This document shows, piece by piece, positions 9,602 to 18,653 of a stretch of 64,000 bases of DNA. Numbering within the stretch: position 1 is the stretch's first letter; the number at the start of each line of letters is the position of its first letter. Below the pieces are notes generated by a model that was not told the origin of the DNA, did not search any database, and saw only the letters and a list, made by a program, of their open reading frames with translations. This DNA comes from Candidatus Methanomethylophilaceae archaeon. GTDB lineage: Archaea; Thermoplasmatota; Thermoplasmata; Methanomassiliicoccales; Methanomethylophilaceae. A program made the position numbers and the translations under genes. Location of the stretch: assembly GCA_944320495.1 (NCBI GenBank), contig CALUHR010000002.1, positions 1 through 64,000 of the forward strand. Direction: 5' to 3'.

Positions 9602-10534
9602 ATGGACCTGTACGACAAGGACGTTGTATCCATCAGGGACCTGACCAAGGCTCAGATCGAGGAGATACTGGACTTCTCCGAGACGATGATCCCCTACGCG
9701 CTCGGGGAGAAGCGCAGCCGCGCCCTGGACGGGAAGATCCTGGGCAACCTCTTTTTCGAGCCCTCCACCCGCACGAAGCTCTCCTTCGAGAGCGCGGCGC
9801 TCAGGCTCGGATGCGACGTCATCGACGTGTCCGAGATGTCCATGACCTCCATAGCCAAGGGAGAGACCCTGGCTGACACCATCAAGATGGTCGATGCCTA
9901 CTGCGACCTCATCGTCCTCAGGCACCCCTACGAGGGGGCCGCGAGACTGGCCGCCAAGTTCTCCGAGAACCCTGTCATCAACGCCGGGGACGGAGCCGGA
10001 TCCCACCCCACCCAGACGCTTCTGGACCTGTTCACCATGCGCGAGGCCAAAGGCTCCCTCGAGGGGCTGAACGTGGCCCTAGTCGGTGACCTGAAGTACG
10101 GCAGGACCGTCCACTCCCTCGCCGACGCACTGACGATGTTCGGGGCCAAGCTCACCCTCGTCGCGCCGGATTCCCTGCAGATGCCGGAGGACACCGTCTC
10201 CCATCTGAAGGAGAAGGGGTGCAACCCCGTCAAGACCGACCGCCTCGAGGACATCATCTCCGACGCGGACGTGCTCTACGTCACCAGGATCCAGAGGGAG
10301 AGGTTTCCGGACCCGGCCGAGTACAACAAGGTGGCCGGCACGTACAGGATAGACAACGCCATCCTCAGGGAGGCCAGGAGCGACATGATCGTCATGCACC
10401 CCCTGCCCAGGGTCGGGGAGATCGCCCCCGAGGTGGACTCCACCACCCACGCCCGCTACTTCAAGCAGGCGTTCAACGGGGTGCCGGTGAGGATGGCTCT
10501 GCTCTGCTCGATACTCGGAGGTGAGCTGGAATGA
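9602..10534 (+). CDS. pyrB: Aspartate carbamoyltransferase catalytic subunit
   Basis: FFEPSTRTKLSFE, INAGDG..HPTQTLLD, MHPLPR. Confidence 0.98.
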   Translation: MDLYDKDVVSIRDLTKAQIEEILDFSETMIPYALGEKRSRALDGKILGNLFFEPSTRTKLSFESAALRLGCDVIDVSEMSMTSIAKGETLADTIKMVDAYCDLIVLRHPYEGAARLAAKFSENPVINAGDGAGSHPTQTLLDLFTMREAKGSLEGLNVALVGDLKYGRTVHSLADALTMFGAKLTLVAPDSLQMPEDTVSHLKEKGCNPVKTDRLEDIISDADVLYVTRIQRERFPDPAEYNKVAGTYRIDNAILREARSDMIVMHPLPRVGEIAPEVDSTTHARYFKQAFNGVPVRMALLCSILGGELE

Positions 10535-11007
10535 GCGAGACGCCGATCAAGGAGGTCAAGCTCCCGCCCATTAGGAACGGGACCGTCATCGACCACATCA
10601 CATGCGGACAGGCTCTCAACGTCATGAAGATCCTGAAGGTGAACTACAGCAACATCGACTCGTCCATCAGCATCGGCATGCACGTCGTGTCGACGAAGGG
10701 CGACCGCTGGAAGGACATCATCAAGATCGAGGACAGGGAGCTCGATGCCAAGACCGTCGACAAGATCGCACTCATCGCACCCGATGCAACGATCTCGATC
10801 ATCCGCGACTACTACGTGGCCGAGAAGTACCAGGTCTGCCTGGAGGACCACGTCGTGGGGCTGGCGAGGTGCAGCAACCCCAACTGCATCACCAACCGCG
10901 GCGAGCCCGTCGCGCCGGAGTTCACCGTCGTCGGCAGGCACCCCCCGCAGCTCAGATGCTGCTACTGCGACAGGCTCCTGACGAACATCCCCGACAACCT
11001 GCTGTGA
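10531..11007 (+). CDS. pyrI: Aspartate carbamoyltransferase regulatory subunit
   Basis: IRNGTVIDHI, CSNPNCIT, CCYCD zinc motif; ATGA overlap with pyrB. Confidence 0.97.
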   Translation: MSETPIKEVKLPPIRNGTVIDHITCGQALNVMKILKVNYSNIDSSISIGMHVVSTKGDRWKDIIKIEDRELDAKTVDKIALIAPDATISIIRDYYVAEKYQVCLEDHVVGLARCSNPNCITNRGEPVAPEFTVVGRHPPQLRCCYCDRLLTNIPDNLL

Positions 11008-11012
11008 TCCAC

Positions 11013-11537
11013 ATGAGGATCATACTCGTGGCGGGAATGCCCGGTGCGGGCAAAGAGGAGCTCCTCACCGTAGCCCGCGGCATGGGGCTCCCGTTCCTGC
11101 GCATGGGCGATCTGGTCCGCGAGGCCTACGCAGCCTCCGGCAGGACCGACATCACCGCCGGCGGATTCGCCGACGAGGAGCGCAGGACCCACGGGAAGGA
11201 CGTCTGGGCCCGCAGGGCCGTGGAGCGCATGTCCGGCGACGTGTTCCTGGTGGACGGATGCAGGAGCATGGACGAGGTGCGCGCTTACCGCTCCCTCGGC
11301 GAGGACATCGTCATCCTCGGCATATCCGCCCCTCCGTCGGCCAGATACGAGAGGCTCGTGAGGCGCGGCAGGGAGGACGCCCCGCGCAGCATCGGGGAGT
11401 TCGATGCCCGCGACTCCCGCGAGATGGGGTGGGGCCTCGCCGAGGTCCTTGCCCTCGCGGACGTGATGATAGTCAACGACTCCGACCTGGAGACGTTCCG
11501 CATCGCCGCCGCGGAGAGGCTGGGGGCGATGATATGA
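11013..11537 (+). CDS. UPF0200-family P-loop nucleotide kinase-like protein
   Basis: VAGMPGAGKEE Walker A; LVRRGREDAP...RDSREMGWGLAEVLALAD. Confidence 0.85.
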   Translation: MRIILVAGMPGAGKEELLTVARGMGLPFLRMGDLVREAYAASGRTDITAGGFADEERRTHGKDVWARRAVERMSGDVFLVDGCRSMDEVRAYRSLGEDIVILGISAPPSARYERLVRRGREDAPRSIGEFDARDSREMGWGLAEVLALADVMIVNDSDLETFRIAAAERLGAMI

Positions 11538-11800
11538 GGTTCACCACCGCACGCCTATGCGGGGGCAAGGCCCTCATGGCCATATCCGCGGACGAGCTGG
11601 ACATCGACCCTGCGAAGGCCGCGGCCAAGTTCGAGGCCGAGGGATGCAAGATCACGCAGGTCGACGACATGATGGCCGTCTTCCAATGGAACGGGATGGA
11701 GGTCACCCTCTACCGCAACGGCAAGGTGATGTACTTCCCCCTCGAGGACAAGCCCCTCTGCATCAAATACGCGACCGAGATGCTCGAGTCGCTTCTCTGA
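11534..11800 (+). CDS. Small hypothetical protein (88 aa)
   Basis: MRFTTARLCGG...EVTLYRNGKVMYF; ATGA-coupled to upstream gene; typical codon usage. Confidence 0.75.
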   Translation: MRFTTARLCGGKALMAISADELDIDPAKAAAKFEAEGCKITQVDDMMAVFQWNGMEVTLYRNGKVMYFPLEDKPLCIKYATEMLESLL

Positions 11801-11851
11801 CGGGCCCCGGCCCGTACCAACCCTTTTTATCGGAGTCCCTTATCGACTCTC

Positions 11852-12574
11852 ATGGAAGAGGCCTATCTCGTGGCGGCCGCCGTGATCATCTCGGCGATAA
11901 TGTCGCTCGAGGCGTACAAGCTCGGTTGCCTGACTAGGGACGGCGCCGTCGCCTCGTTCCTCGTCGGCGCCTTCGTGGGCGTCTTCGCATCGATCAACGC
12001 GTTCTTCCTCCTGGCGGTCTTCACGATCGCGGGATTCTTCGCCACAATGAGGGACATCGGTCGCAAGAAGGCCGAGGGGCTGCAGGAGGGCAAATCAGGA
12101 GAACGCAACTGGAAGAATGTGGCGGGAGTCGGCATACCGCCCTGCCTGATAGTCGCCCTCGCAGCACTGGGCATCATCGACCAGACCATGTTCGCGATCA
12201 TGTTCGTATCCACCATAACCGTGGCCGGCGCAGACACCATCGCCAGCGAGATCGGTGTTCGCGACAACAGAGTGTACATGATCACCACCGGCAAGAGGGT
12301 CGAGCCGGGCGTCAACGGAGGCGTGTCGCCCCTAGGCACCGCCACGTCCACGGTGGCCTCCCTGCTCATCGCCATCCTCGGCTGGGGAGTCGTCACGGAG
12401 TCCCTCGGATGGATGCTGCTGATCCCGTTCGCGATGGGAGTCCTCGGCAACCTTCTGGACAGCGCGTTCGGGGCAGTCCTGGAAAATCCCGGATACATCT
12501 CAAAATACACCAACAACTGCTCGACAGCCCTAATCGGAGCGGTCATCGGCCTCGCCATTTACCTGATTCTGCGA
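11852..12574 (+). CDS. DUF92/TIGR00297 membrane protein (ends at CGA 12572-12574; standard-code end 12595)
   Basis: GERNWKNV, ADTIASEIG, VEPGVNGGVSPLGT, DSAFGAVLE, NNCST motifs. The residues after CGA overlap the 5S TATA box. Confidence 0.9.
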
Positions 12575-12579
12575 TATCA

Positions 12580-12586
12580 TTATATA
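12580..12586 (+). promoter_or_regulatory. TATA box of 5S rRNA gene
   Basis: TTATATA about 25 nt upstream of the 5S start. Confidence 0.7.
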
Positions 12587-12607
12587 CTAGTGTGATATCC
12601 ACAGTCT

Positions 12608-12733
12608 TGGTAAGACGGCCATAGCGGCGGGGTAACACCCGGTCCCATTCCGAACCCGGAAGTAAAGTCCGCCCGCGTATCTGCCTGTACTGTAGTGCGC
12701 AAGCCTACGGGAACTCAGACACGCTGTCTGCCA
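12608..12733 (+). rRNA. rrf: 5S rRNA (not linked to 16S/23S)
   Basis: ACGGCCATAGCGGCGGGGTAACACCCGGTCCCATTCCGAACCCGGAAGTAAAGTCCGCC...; terminal helix TGGTAAGACGGC/GCTGTCTGCCA; T-tract follows. Confidence 0.97.
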
Positions 12734-12749
12734 CTTTTTCATATTCATC

Positions 12750-13110
12750 TTGTGGCCGAGAGGCTTCTTCGATTCCCGAGGAGATTCTTCGAGAATCCAG
12801 ACAGGCCCATGAGATAGTTCTCCGAGTTCATACAGCGCATGTGCGACACGCATACGCGCCCTCACCCCATGTGCAGGCCGTACAACTCCCTGAAACGGAT
12901 GCCACGGTCGAAACAACCCAGCGTGTTCTCGACATTCTTCGACAGCGCCAGACCAGCGAGCCCTCGACCTCCTCGGCGCCGTCGAAGGGCGTCTCGTCGA
13001 AAAACACACGGCATCCTACAACAATGTCTCCCTGTGCCTCAGGCCCCGCCCATTCTGATACAGTCGCCTATGTCGTCCGTGACGATGATGATAGGTGATC
13101 GCGGAACGGG
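12750..13110 (-). pseudogene. Possible decayed gene fragment (weak glycosyltransferase-family-2-like words)
   Basis: Protein-like segments in three different frames (PIIIVTDDIGD; QGDIVVGCRVFFDE; RFRELYGLHMG*...), broken by frameshifts and TGA. Identification is speculative. Confidence 0.25.
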
Positions 13111-13210
13111 ATCCAAGTGATATAATCATGACAGCCTTACTGTACAGGTCGTTGCGGGAGGCCACCCAGAAGTCCAGGGAATCTAGGCGTAATCGCCTGC
13201 GACCCGCGGA

Positions 13211-14548
13211 TCATCCGATTCCGCCGAGCAACGCCCCTGCCACCAAGGCCACAATGGCCAGTGCACAGTAGACGTACTTGCCGGTCGGGAAGAACCATCT
13301 GCCGATCGGTCTGTGGGCGCCCTCGTTGACGCTCTCCAGGACGTAGTCCCTTCCAGCGATCCAAAAGAACATGATCGCCGCTAGCAGGGCGCCCAACGGA
13401 CACACGTAGATCGAGACGGCATCCATCCACTGGGACACTATGGCCTGGATGCACAGACCGACGGCGCAGCCCAGGACGATGACGACGAGGGACGATGTGG
13501 CGCGGCTCCTGCGGAACCTCTCCTGGACGTAGGATATCGGCGCCTCGTACAGGTTGATCAGGGACGTCAGGCCGGCGAAGGTTACGCACAGGAAGAATAT
13601 CGCACCGATGATCTGACCGCCCGCCATCCCGTTGAAGACCTCAACCAGGTAGATGAACATCAGACCGGGGCCGGCGGTGTCCAGCTGACCTCCGGCGGCG
13701 GCCATGGCGGGTATGATGACCATCGCGGCCATCATGGCGCCGATGGTGTCGAACAGCGCCACGTATCTGGCACTGCTCGGTATCGATTCCTTCTTGGATA
13801 GGTACGACCCGTAGACGACGCTGCCGTTGCCCGCCACGGACAGGGAGAAGAACGCCTGTCCGAACGCGAAGACCCAGACGAGTGGGTTCAGAAGACCCTC
13901 CGGGTTGAGGGTGAAGATGTACTCGTAGCCGAGCTCGGAACCTGGCAGCGTGAAGATGTAGATGCCCAGGCCGATGAACAGGGCGTAGAGGATCGGGAGC
14001 ATGAACTTGTTCGCGCGCTCGATCCCTCCAGCCACGCCGAGTGACATGATCACGAGTGTGACGACCGCCGTCAGTATGACCCAGATGTTCGCGCCCCACG
14101 CACTGGCGGTGGAGTCGAACATGCCGACGATGGGGCCGAGCTCCTCGCCAAGCCCCACGAGGTCCCCCGAGAACGCCATGTATGTGTACTTCAGGACCCA
14201 GGCCATCACACAGGTGTAACCGATGGCCATGGCCAGGGACCCCAGGACTGGGATGATCCCTACGATCTCACCGATCCTCCTCTTCCCTATCCCCACCTCG
14301 GTGCACTTCCCGAATGCCCCCACCGGCCCGGAACGGGCCGAACGTCCGAGGGCGAACTCGGAGATCACGCCGGTGCTGGCTATGAGCACGACGAAGATGA
14401 AGTATGGGATCAGGAAGGTCAGTCCGCCCCATATGCAGACCATGATGGGGAAACGCCAGATGTTCCCCATACCCACGGCGGACCCGATGCAGGACATGAT
14501 GAAGCCGCGCTTGGATGTGAATTCCTCGCGCTCGACCTCTTCCACCAT
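13211..14548 (-). CDS. Sodium-dependent transporter, SNF/NSS family
   Basis: IGSAVGMGNIWRFP...GGLTFLIPY; AFGQAFFSLSVA; about 12 TM helices. Confidence 0.95.
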   Translation of the reverse strand: MVEEVEREEFTSKRGFIMSCIGSAVGMGNIWRFPIMVCIWGGLTFLIPYFIFVVLIASTGVISEFALGRSARSGPVGAFGKCTEVGIGKRRIGEIVGIIPVLGSLAMAIGYTCVMAWVLKYTYMAFSGDLVGLGEELGPIVGMFDSTASAWGANIWVILTAVVTLVIMSLGVAGGIERANKFMLPILYALFIGLGIYIFTLPGSELGYEYIFTLNPEGLLNPLVWVFAFGQAFFSLSVAGNGSVVYGSYLSKKESIPSSARYVALFDTIGAMMAAMVIIPAMAAAGGQLDTAGPGLMFIYLVEVFNGMAGGQIIGAIFFLCVTFAGLTSLINLYEAPISYVQERFRRSRATSSLVVIVLGCAVGLCIQAIVSQWMDAVSIYVCPLGALLAAIMFFWIAGRDYVLESVNEGAHRPIGRWFFPTGKYVYCALAIVALVAGALLGGIG

Positions 14549-14743
14549 TTTATACAATCCTGCCTGTATATGGACCATTGGGGTTTGACAGATATAACCT
14601 TTCTTTCCAGGACGGCCCGATGTGGACGGATGCGTCCTGCAGAATCGTCGTGACAATGAGGGTTTTACCGTGACGGCAGGAAGGTGCCTACCATCACGGC
14701 ATGGGACCGACTCCATGCGGGTACCTCGCACTTCGCCCGAGCC

Positions 14744-15316
14744 TCATTCGGTCGGCACATCGCCGATCTTCCTCGCAGGAGAGCCGGCAACGATGGTGTT
14801 CGGCGGGACGTCGTGGGTAACCACTGAGTTCGCGCCGACGATGGAGTTGTCGCCGATGGTCACGCCCGGCAGCACCGTTGAGGCGATGCCGATCCACACG
14901 TTTCTCCCGATGGTGATCGGAGCTCCATATGTGCAGTTGCGCTTGGACGGCTCCACAGGGTGGTTGATGGTGATCAGGTTCACCTTGGGGGCGATGAACG
15001 TGTTGTCGCCGATGGTGATGCCGCAGCGGTCGAAGAAGGTGCAGCAATGCTGAATCAGCACGTTCTTGCCGACCCTCAGGTTCCTCCCGAAGTCCATGTA
15101 GAACGGAGGGAACAGGGTCAGGGTCTCATCGACCTCGGTCCCGGTGACCTCCGCGAACACCTGCCTGACCTCGTCGGCGCTCATCACCGACGAGTTCATC
15201 CTCTGGAGTTTGGCCATCGTGTCGCGGATGACGTCGTATATCAGATGGAAGTCGGGGTCGTCCATGGAGGCCACCTCCCCGGACCTGTCGCGCTCGAAGA
15301 TATCCTTCTCTGTCAT
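14744..15316 (-). CDS. Sugar (maltose/galactoside) O-acetyltransferase, hexapeptide repeat
   Basis: PPFYMDFGRNLRVGKNV...ITIGRNVWIG...VTIGDNSIVGANSVVTHDVPPNTIVAGSPA. Confidence 0.92.
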   Translation of the reverse strand: MTEKDIFERDRSGEVASMDDPDFHLIYDVIRDTMAKLQRMNSSVMSADEVRQVFAEVTGTEVDETLTLFPPFYMDFGRNLRVGKNVLIQHCCTFFDRCGITIGDNTFIAPKVNLITINHPVEPSKRNCTYGAPITIGRNVWIGIASTVLPGVTIGDNSIVGANSVVTHDVPPNTIVAGSPARKIGDVPTE

Positions 15317-15388
15317 GCGGATGACAAGGGCGTCCAATTAAAAAACATATAGTCACCAAAATATGGTTCAGGTAACGATATGTTATCG

Positions 15389-15402
15389 GGGCCCGAAGGC
15401 CC
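15389..15402 (-). terminator. GGGCC-UUCG-GGCCC hairpin 3' of por operon
   Basis: Perfect 5-bp stem with cUUCGg loop, about 15 nt after the porB stop. Confidence 0.7.
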
Positions 15403-15417
15403 CGTGAATTGGTTTTA

Positions 15418-16365
15418 TCAGAGCTCGGTGAGCTTGATGAGCCTCTCCCAGCGCCTGTCGACCTCCGCCTGGTAGGCCTCGACGATGGGCTCGGCCCTCT
15501 CGGTCATGAGGTGCTTGAATCTGCCCTGGGCAGCGAACCAGTCGGTGATCGGCTTCTTCTCCGCCTTACCGGCGGCGATCCTGGCGCTCTCGGCGGTGAG
15601 GGCATACTTGCCGTCGACGACCTCGAACAGGGGCCAGACGCAGGTCTCGACCGCGAGCTTCGCGATCTCGATGGTGCGGTCGGAGGGGAACCTCCATCCC
15701 CTGGGGCACGGGGAGATGGCGTTGATGAACGCCGGCCCGTTGGCCTCGAATCCCTTGGACGCCTTGGTCACGGTGTCCCTCCAGTTGTGGGGGGAGACCT
15801 GGGCGACGTAGGGGATGTTGTGGGCGACCATGATGGACGTCATGTCCTTGGAGTACTCCTTCTTTCCCATCTGGACCGATCCGGCCCAGGAGGTGGTGGT
15901 GGAGGCTCCGAGGGTGGTCGCGGAGGACCTCTGGATTCCCGTGTTCATGTACGCCTCGTTGTTCATGCAGACGTACATCATGCGGTGTCCCCTCTCCATG
16001 GCTCCGGACAGGGCCTGGAGTCCGATGTCGTAGGTCGCACCGTCTCCGGCGAAGTTGACGAAGCGGATCTCCTCGTCGATCTTGCCCTTCTTCTTCAGGG
16101 CGTTGTAGGCGGTCTCGAGACCGGCGCAGGTGGCCGCTCCGTTCCCGAACGCGGTGTGGATGTACGGGACGTTCCACGAGGTGTACGGGAACACGGTGGT
16201 GGAGACCTCCATGCAGCCGGTGGACAGGGACACGGCCACCTCGTCGGAGGTGCCCATGAGGATCTGCTTCGCGATGATCGACTCCGCGCATCCGGCGCAG
16301 AGCCTGTGGCCGCTGGCCAGCCTGACCGGCAGCTTGTTGAGCTCCTTGAGAGACAGAGAGGTCAT
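15418..16365 (-). CDS. porB: Pyruvate:ferredoxin oxidoreductase beta subunit
   Basis: GHRLCAGC, STGCMEV, AGDGATYDIG, NNEAYMNTGIQRS, SPCPRGW. Confidence 0.95.
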   Translation of the reverse strand: MTSLSLKELNKLPVRLASGHRLCAGCAESIIAKQILMGTSDEVAVSLSTGCMEVSTTVFPYTSWNVPYIHTAFGNGAATCAGLETAYNALKKKGKIDEEIRFVNFAGDGATYDIGLQALSGAMERGHRMMYVCMNNEAYMNTGIQRSSATTLGASTTTSWAGSVQMGKKEYSKDMTSIMVAHNIPYVAQVSPHNWRDTVTKASKGFEANGPAFINAISPCPRGWRFPSDRTIEIAKLAVETCVWPLFEVVDGKYALTAESARIAAGKAEKKPITDWFAAQGRFKHLMTERAEPIVEAYQAEVDRRWERLIKLTEL

Positions 16366-17525
16366 ATCTTCACCCCCAGGTAGGTGATGCGCTTGGCATC
16401 TCCGGAGGCGACGGCCTCCATCATCTTCTTGAATCCGGCGACGGTGGCGTCGGCGCCTCCGAGACCGTAGATCACGTTGTACATCTTCGGCACATCGCCG
16501 TTGAGAGTGGCGGCGGTGACGACCTCGGGGAACATGGGGCCGTACGCTCCGATGCTCAGGTGCTTGTCGAACACGGCGACGGCCTTCTTGCCCGCCAGGA
16601 TCTTGGCGAGGGCCTCCTCCGGCCAGGGCCTGTAGACATGGGGCATGCAGCATCCGACCTTGATGCCCTCGTCCCTCAGCTGGTCGACGGTCTCCTTCAT
16701 GGTACCGTAGGAGGATCCGAGGATGACGGCCACGTAGTCGGCGTCCTCGCACCTGTACTGGTCGACGAGATGGTACTCCCTTCCAGTCAGCTTGGCGAAC
16801 TCGGCGAAGACCTCCTCAGCGACCTCCAGGGCCTTGTCCATCGCGAGGACGGACTGGACCTTGTGCGGGTAGTAGAAGTCGGGTCCGTCCATGTTGCCGT
16901 GGGACACTGGGTGCTTGGTGTCGAGCAGGGGGTACAGGGGCTTGTACTCGCCGACGAACGCCTTGACGTCGTTGGTGTCGATCATGGTCATCCTCTCGAT
17001 GGCGTGGGTGAGGATGAATCCGTCCAGGTTGACCATGCAGGGCAGCTGGACGTCGTGGTGCTCCGCGATGCGGGGCGCGATGATCGAGTTGTCGTACGCC
17101 TCCTGGACGTTCTCGGAGAACAGCTGGAGCCAGCCGGTGTCGCGTCCGGACATGGCGTCCCCGTGGTCGTTGTTGATGTTGATGGGTCCGCTGACCGCCC
17201 TGTTGGCGACGGCCATGATGAGCGGGGTGCGCATGGCGGCCGTGATGGGGAGCATCTCCCACATGTAGGCGAGCCCCTGAGAGGCGGTGGCGGTGAATGT
17301 CCTGGCTCCGGCGGAGCACGAGGACGTGCACAGGGTCAGCGCGGAGTGCTCGGACTCGACGCAGACGAACTCTGTGGAGACCTCCCCGTTTGCCACGTAC
17401 TCGGCGAACTTCTCGACGATGATGGTCTGGGGGGTGATCGGGTACGCTGCGCACACATCGGGGTCGATCTGCTTCCACGCGAGGGCGACCGCGTTGTCTC
17501 CGTTGATGGCTATGTCGTGGCTCAT
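16362..17525 (-). CDS. porA: Pyruvate:ferredoxin oxidoreductase alpha subunit
   Basis: AYPITPQT, VESEHSA, TATASQGL, NRAVSGPININNDH. Confidence 0.95.
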   Translation of the reverse strand: MSHDIAINGDNAVALAWKQIDPDVCAAYPITPQTIIVEKFAEYVANGEVSTEFVCVESEHSALTLCTSSCSAGARTFTATASQGLAYMWEMLPITAAMRTPLIMAVANRAVSGPININNDHGDAMSGRDTGWLQLFSENVQEAYDNSIIAPRIAEHHDVQLPCMVNLDGFILTHAIERMTMIDTNDVKAFVGEYKPLYPLLDTKHPVSHGNMDGPDFYYPHKVQSVLAMDKALEVAEEVFAEFAKLTGREYHLVDQYRCEDADYVAVILGSSYGTMKETVDQLRDEGIKVGCCMPHVYRPWPEEALAKILAGKKAVAVFDKHLSIGAYGPMFPEVVTAATLNGDVPKMYNVIYGLGGADATVAGFKKMMEAVASGDAKRITYLGVKI

Positions 17526-17527
17526 CC

Positions 17528-17803
17528 TCACTCCTCCTTCATTGTGATGGCGCCCTTGGGGCAGACCCTGGCGCAGATGCCGCATCCCTTGCAGTGGCTC
17601 ATCTTGATTCCGGACATCTTGTCGTCCCTGAAGACGATGCTGTTGTCGGGGCAGTAGATCCAGCATGTGTAGCAGTCGATGCACTTGTCCTGGTCGACGA
17701 CGGGGACGTAGCTCCTCCAGTCCCCGGTGGCGAAGTTCTCGGAGGAACCGGGCTTGATGATCCTGCCTCCGACCACGAGATCCTTGATGTTTGCCATTGC
17801 CAT
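17528..17803 (-). CDS. porD: Pyruvate:ferredoxin oxidoreductase delta subunit
   Basis: TGDWRSYVP, CIDCYTCWIYCPD, CKGCGICARVCP. Confidence 0.95.
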   Translation of the reverse strand: MAMANIKDLVVGGRIIKPGSSENFATGDWRSYVPVVDQDKCIDCYTCWIYCPDNSIVFRDDKMSGIKMSHCKGCGICARVCPKGAITMKEE

Positions 17804-17804
17804 G

Positions 17805-18356
17805 TCACTGCACCTCGTTGTAGCCCCTCTTGAGGGCGGAGAGGTTCTTCACGATGACCTTGTCGGCGAGCTTGCCGGTGAACTTGTTGGTGATCTGGTC
17901 CTCGAGCATGTCATAGGGGATGCTCGGAACGGACTTGATGAGGGCGCCCAGCATGACGGTGTTGACCATGGGCTTGCCGATCTCGTCGATGGCGATCCTG
18001 TTGGCGTCGAGGGTGTGGCACTCGACGTCGGTCCCCAGAGCCTCCTGCAGCTCCTTGGGGGATCCGGTGTAGTTGGCGACGATCACGGAGGTCTTCTTCA
18101 GGCCACGGGTGACGTCGACCTTGCCCACGAGGGTGCCGTCCATGATGACGACAACATCGGGCTCGTAGACCTGGCTGTGGACCCTGATCGGCTCGTCGGA
18201 GACCCTGGTGAAACCCCTGATCGGGGCTCCCATCCTCTCCGGACCGAACTCCGGGAACGCCTTGACGTACTTGCCCGAGGCGATGGCGGTCTCGGCGAAG
18301 ATCTCGTTCGCCGTGACGAGACCCTGACCTCCCCTGCCGTGCCAGCATAGTTCCAT
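17805..18356 (-). CDS. porC: Pyruvate:ferredoxin oxidoreductase gamma subunit
   Basis: WHGRGGQG, FPEFGPERMGAP, NTVMLGA; start 18356 or 18362. Confidence 0.95.
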   Translation of the reverse strand: MELCWHGRGGQGLVTANEIFAETAIASGKYVKAFPEFGPERMGAPIRGFTRVSDEPIRVHSQVYEPDVVVIMDGTLVGKVDVTRGLKKTSVIVANYTGSPKELQEALGTDVECHTLDANRIAIDEIGKPMVNTVMLGALIKSVPSIPYDMLEDQITNKFTGKLADKVIVKNLSALKRGYNEVQ

Positions 18357-18653
18357 GTGCATTGGTACCACTGTGGCTCCGTATGGGTGCGATATTTTAA
18401 ATCCTTCCTCACCAGACGTGTCCAAATCGACGGTTGGAGCATTTAGGAGGCCCTTTTTCTACGATTTCCGTAATTTTTTCTACGAATACACTCAATATTC
18501 CTATGTTTGACGCAGCATCCGCCCCTCCGGGGGCCATTATTCTAGAATCTCTTTCGCGCGTACTATCGAAACGATTTATAACTCCGAACCATACCGAGAA
18601 AACATACGGCACAGGGTGCCTCAAAACGACATTCCGGAATCGGGGATTTTCCA

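Noticed and set aside
12608-12733. Isolated 5S rRNA as a novelty
   Set aside because: Unlinked rRNA genes are established for Thermoplasmata.
12839-13120. Plus-strand 85-93 aa ORFs after the 5S gene
   Set aside because: No recognisable motif, atypical codons, CGA inside; more likely the antisense of a decayed gene.
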